Below are positions 62,041-64,000 of a stretch of 64,000 nt of DNA, in pieces (positions within the stretch are counted from its first letter, which is position 1; each line of letters starts with the position of its first letter). The stretch comes from Octopus sinensis (lineage: Eukaryota). The position numbers were made by a program, and so were the translations under genes. The stretch is taken from the NCBI RefSeq assembly GCF_006345805.1, contig NC_043010.1, forward strand, positions 19,654,001-19,718,000, read 5' to 3'. The notes below the pieces were generated by a model. That model was not told where the DNA came from. It saw only the letters and a program-made list of their open reading frames with translations, and did no database searches.

Positions 62041-64000
62041 TATAATTCAATCTCATGGTCACACCCTACCCCAATATCAGTCATGTTAGCATGATTGATA
62101 CTGGGGTGTCAGTCATGTTAACATGATTAAAGTAAAACAAAAATACAATGTCACTCACATCCACATTAAGAGTAAACTACAAACTCATTCCTGTTCAAAT
62201 TAAGGGTACACTCCCATTACACCAGCCAATAAGGGAACCTCTATGTGGTTGAATGACTCTCTAGAAACAGCAGCAAAATATCCCTCAAATCACACATTCA
62301 GCACAAAAGTGAAAGGACACATTGGAGGACAGTATAGGTTTAAATGGGTCTGGAAAAGAAAAAAGGATAACATGGCCATGGTTAGAATGTCTTTGATCAC
62401 AGGTCAGCCTAATAGTGGTTGACCTAGGGTGAAACACCACCATTTCACTGCCATTCACATTGTTGTTGGTGGTGATGATGATGATGATGATGGTGATGAT
62501 AAAAAATACAACAGCAACAACATAAAAATAAAACTGAAGGTTCTGCTTTAATGGCTGCCTCACATAAAAAACAAAGTAAAAATATAAACAAAAAGAGGGG
62601 GAGGTAATGCAGTTTATACATACAGAGAGGGGGAAAGATAGAGAGAGAGTGTGTGTGTGTGCAGAAGTGTATATCGTTATGTGAATATACAGTCATCTAC
62701 ATAAATATATAAATGCATACAAACAGGAGTATCTATTAATTTATTTACTCATGATTCGAATGAGTTGCTACTCAGAGTTACTTGGTTTGATTGCAAACCC
62801 TTCGGACGACAGCAAAATGATATTTTGTTGTCATCCAACAGATTGCATCTGAGTGAGAAACTCAGAGTTGCAACAGCATGAATTACCAGTTTCATTGACA
62901 TCAAAACAAAATCCTTTAAAACATTTATTGAATATTCTTGCTTGTGAAACCAAAACTCTGCGTGTGTGGGTGTGCATGTGTGTGTGAGGGTGCATGTGTG
63001 TCTTGCTATTTAAAGAGGAATCTGTCCACCACTGAAACCACCATCAGAATGTCCGTTCCCTACATTCGCACTTTGTGGATGGGGAGTGGAGAAAGAAGCA
63101 GTGTAGGTCCCACTGCAGTGATATGTAAATATACAGGACATTACCTCCTCAATGTCAGACAAAAGGTGAAAGGTTAAGAGCAAAGAGGGCTCTCCCTGTG
63201 TTTGAGAAAAACTGACAGATCAGCAAGCGGGTATGTCCATACACACACACACACACACAGAAATAAAATGACTGTGTACCTAGCTGTAAGCATATCCTTT
63301 GACTGGTTCCTAACATGGCACTGTGGCCATGCTGGGGCATTGTCTTTTAAGGTTCATTTCATTACATTGACTCCATTATTTCTTTCATTGTGCTTTGGGG
63401 AATGATGACGGTAAAGTGGAGCTAAGATTGAAATCAGAACACTCGTTATTAATTCTGTCGCACACCTTGCTGCTTCTGCTGTCAACCTACCATAAATATA
63501 CGGCAGGTTACAGTTTGTAAATAAAAGGTAGTACCCAATACATGACACAGTACTTATATATATATATGTATATATTAACATACAGAGACACACTTATGGT
63601 GAAGATAGAAAGCCAATCCAGCCATGGAGACTATAGGTGGTGAAACCCACAAAAACAAAACATGGTTGAATGTAGGAGAATGTAATGAGAACATAAGGAG
63701 CTTCGTTGCTCAGAAAGTTCATCATAGTTTGGATAGAGAAGAAATATGCTGGGAACATCTCAAGATGGAGAGTTCCTTGAAACACAGAGAAAGGGAATCT
63801 TCAGATTCGTATGGCCCTTGGTAAAAGCTGGGTCTGAATTTCAGAGAAATGTTAAATGCATGGAGATAGACTTTCAGTTTGACCAAAACCCCATCCACAG
63901 ATGTGAGTGTCCTGACTCTGAAGGAGGATGTAATAAGTTTGTCCAAACACAGGATAAAATTTAAAGACCAAATTTAATTTCTAAGCAACTCAGCCCCTGG

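Overview
AT-rich eukaryotic genomic DNA, dense in (TA)n/(CA)n microsatellites. The repeat content (tRNA-derived SINEs, RTE LINEs with GAT tails, TTAA MITEs) suggests an octopus or other coleoid cephalopod; this is inference. The window holds the 3' part of one intron-rich + strand gene of the RIM-binding protein (RIMBP2/TSPOAP1) family. I traced 11 phase-compatible GT-AG exons from 18734 to a stop at 31803 (about 611 aa). Two upstream exons (1272-1345, 3880-4485) probably belong to the same gene. Its architecture is unusually reduced: coiled coil, Q-rich, SH3, one FN3, SH3, versus the canonical SH3, 3xFN3, 2xSH3. The rest is transposon debris: RTE LINEs with an embedded PHD-like finger, BovB-like RTE, L1/Tx1 and L2 remnants, a mariner, a Helentron-type HINE, MITEs and SINEs, plus a 43-bp minisatellite. 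Notable non-coding signals are five dissimilar minimal hammerhead-ribozyme-like motifs (one centred on the axis of a ~330-bp near-perfect palindrome), AG|GT recursive-splice-like acceptors with candidate alternative last exons, and several long hairpins. Everything was read by eye; no database searches were run.
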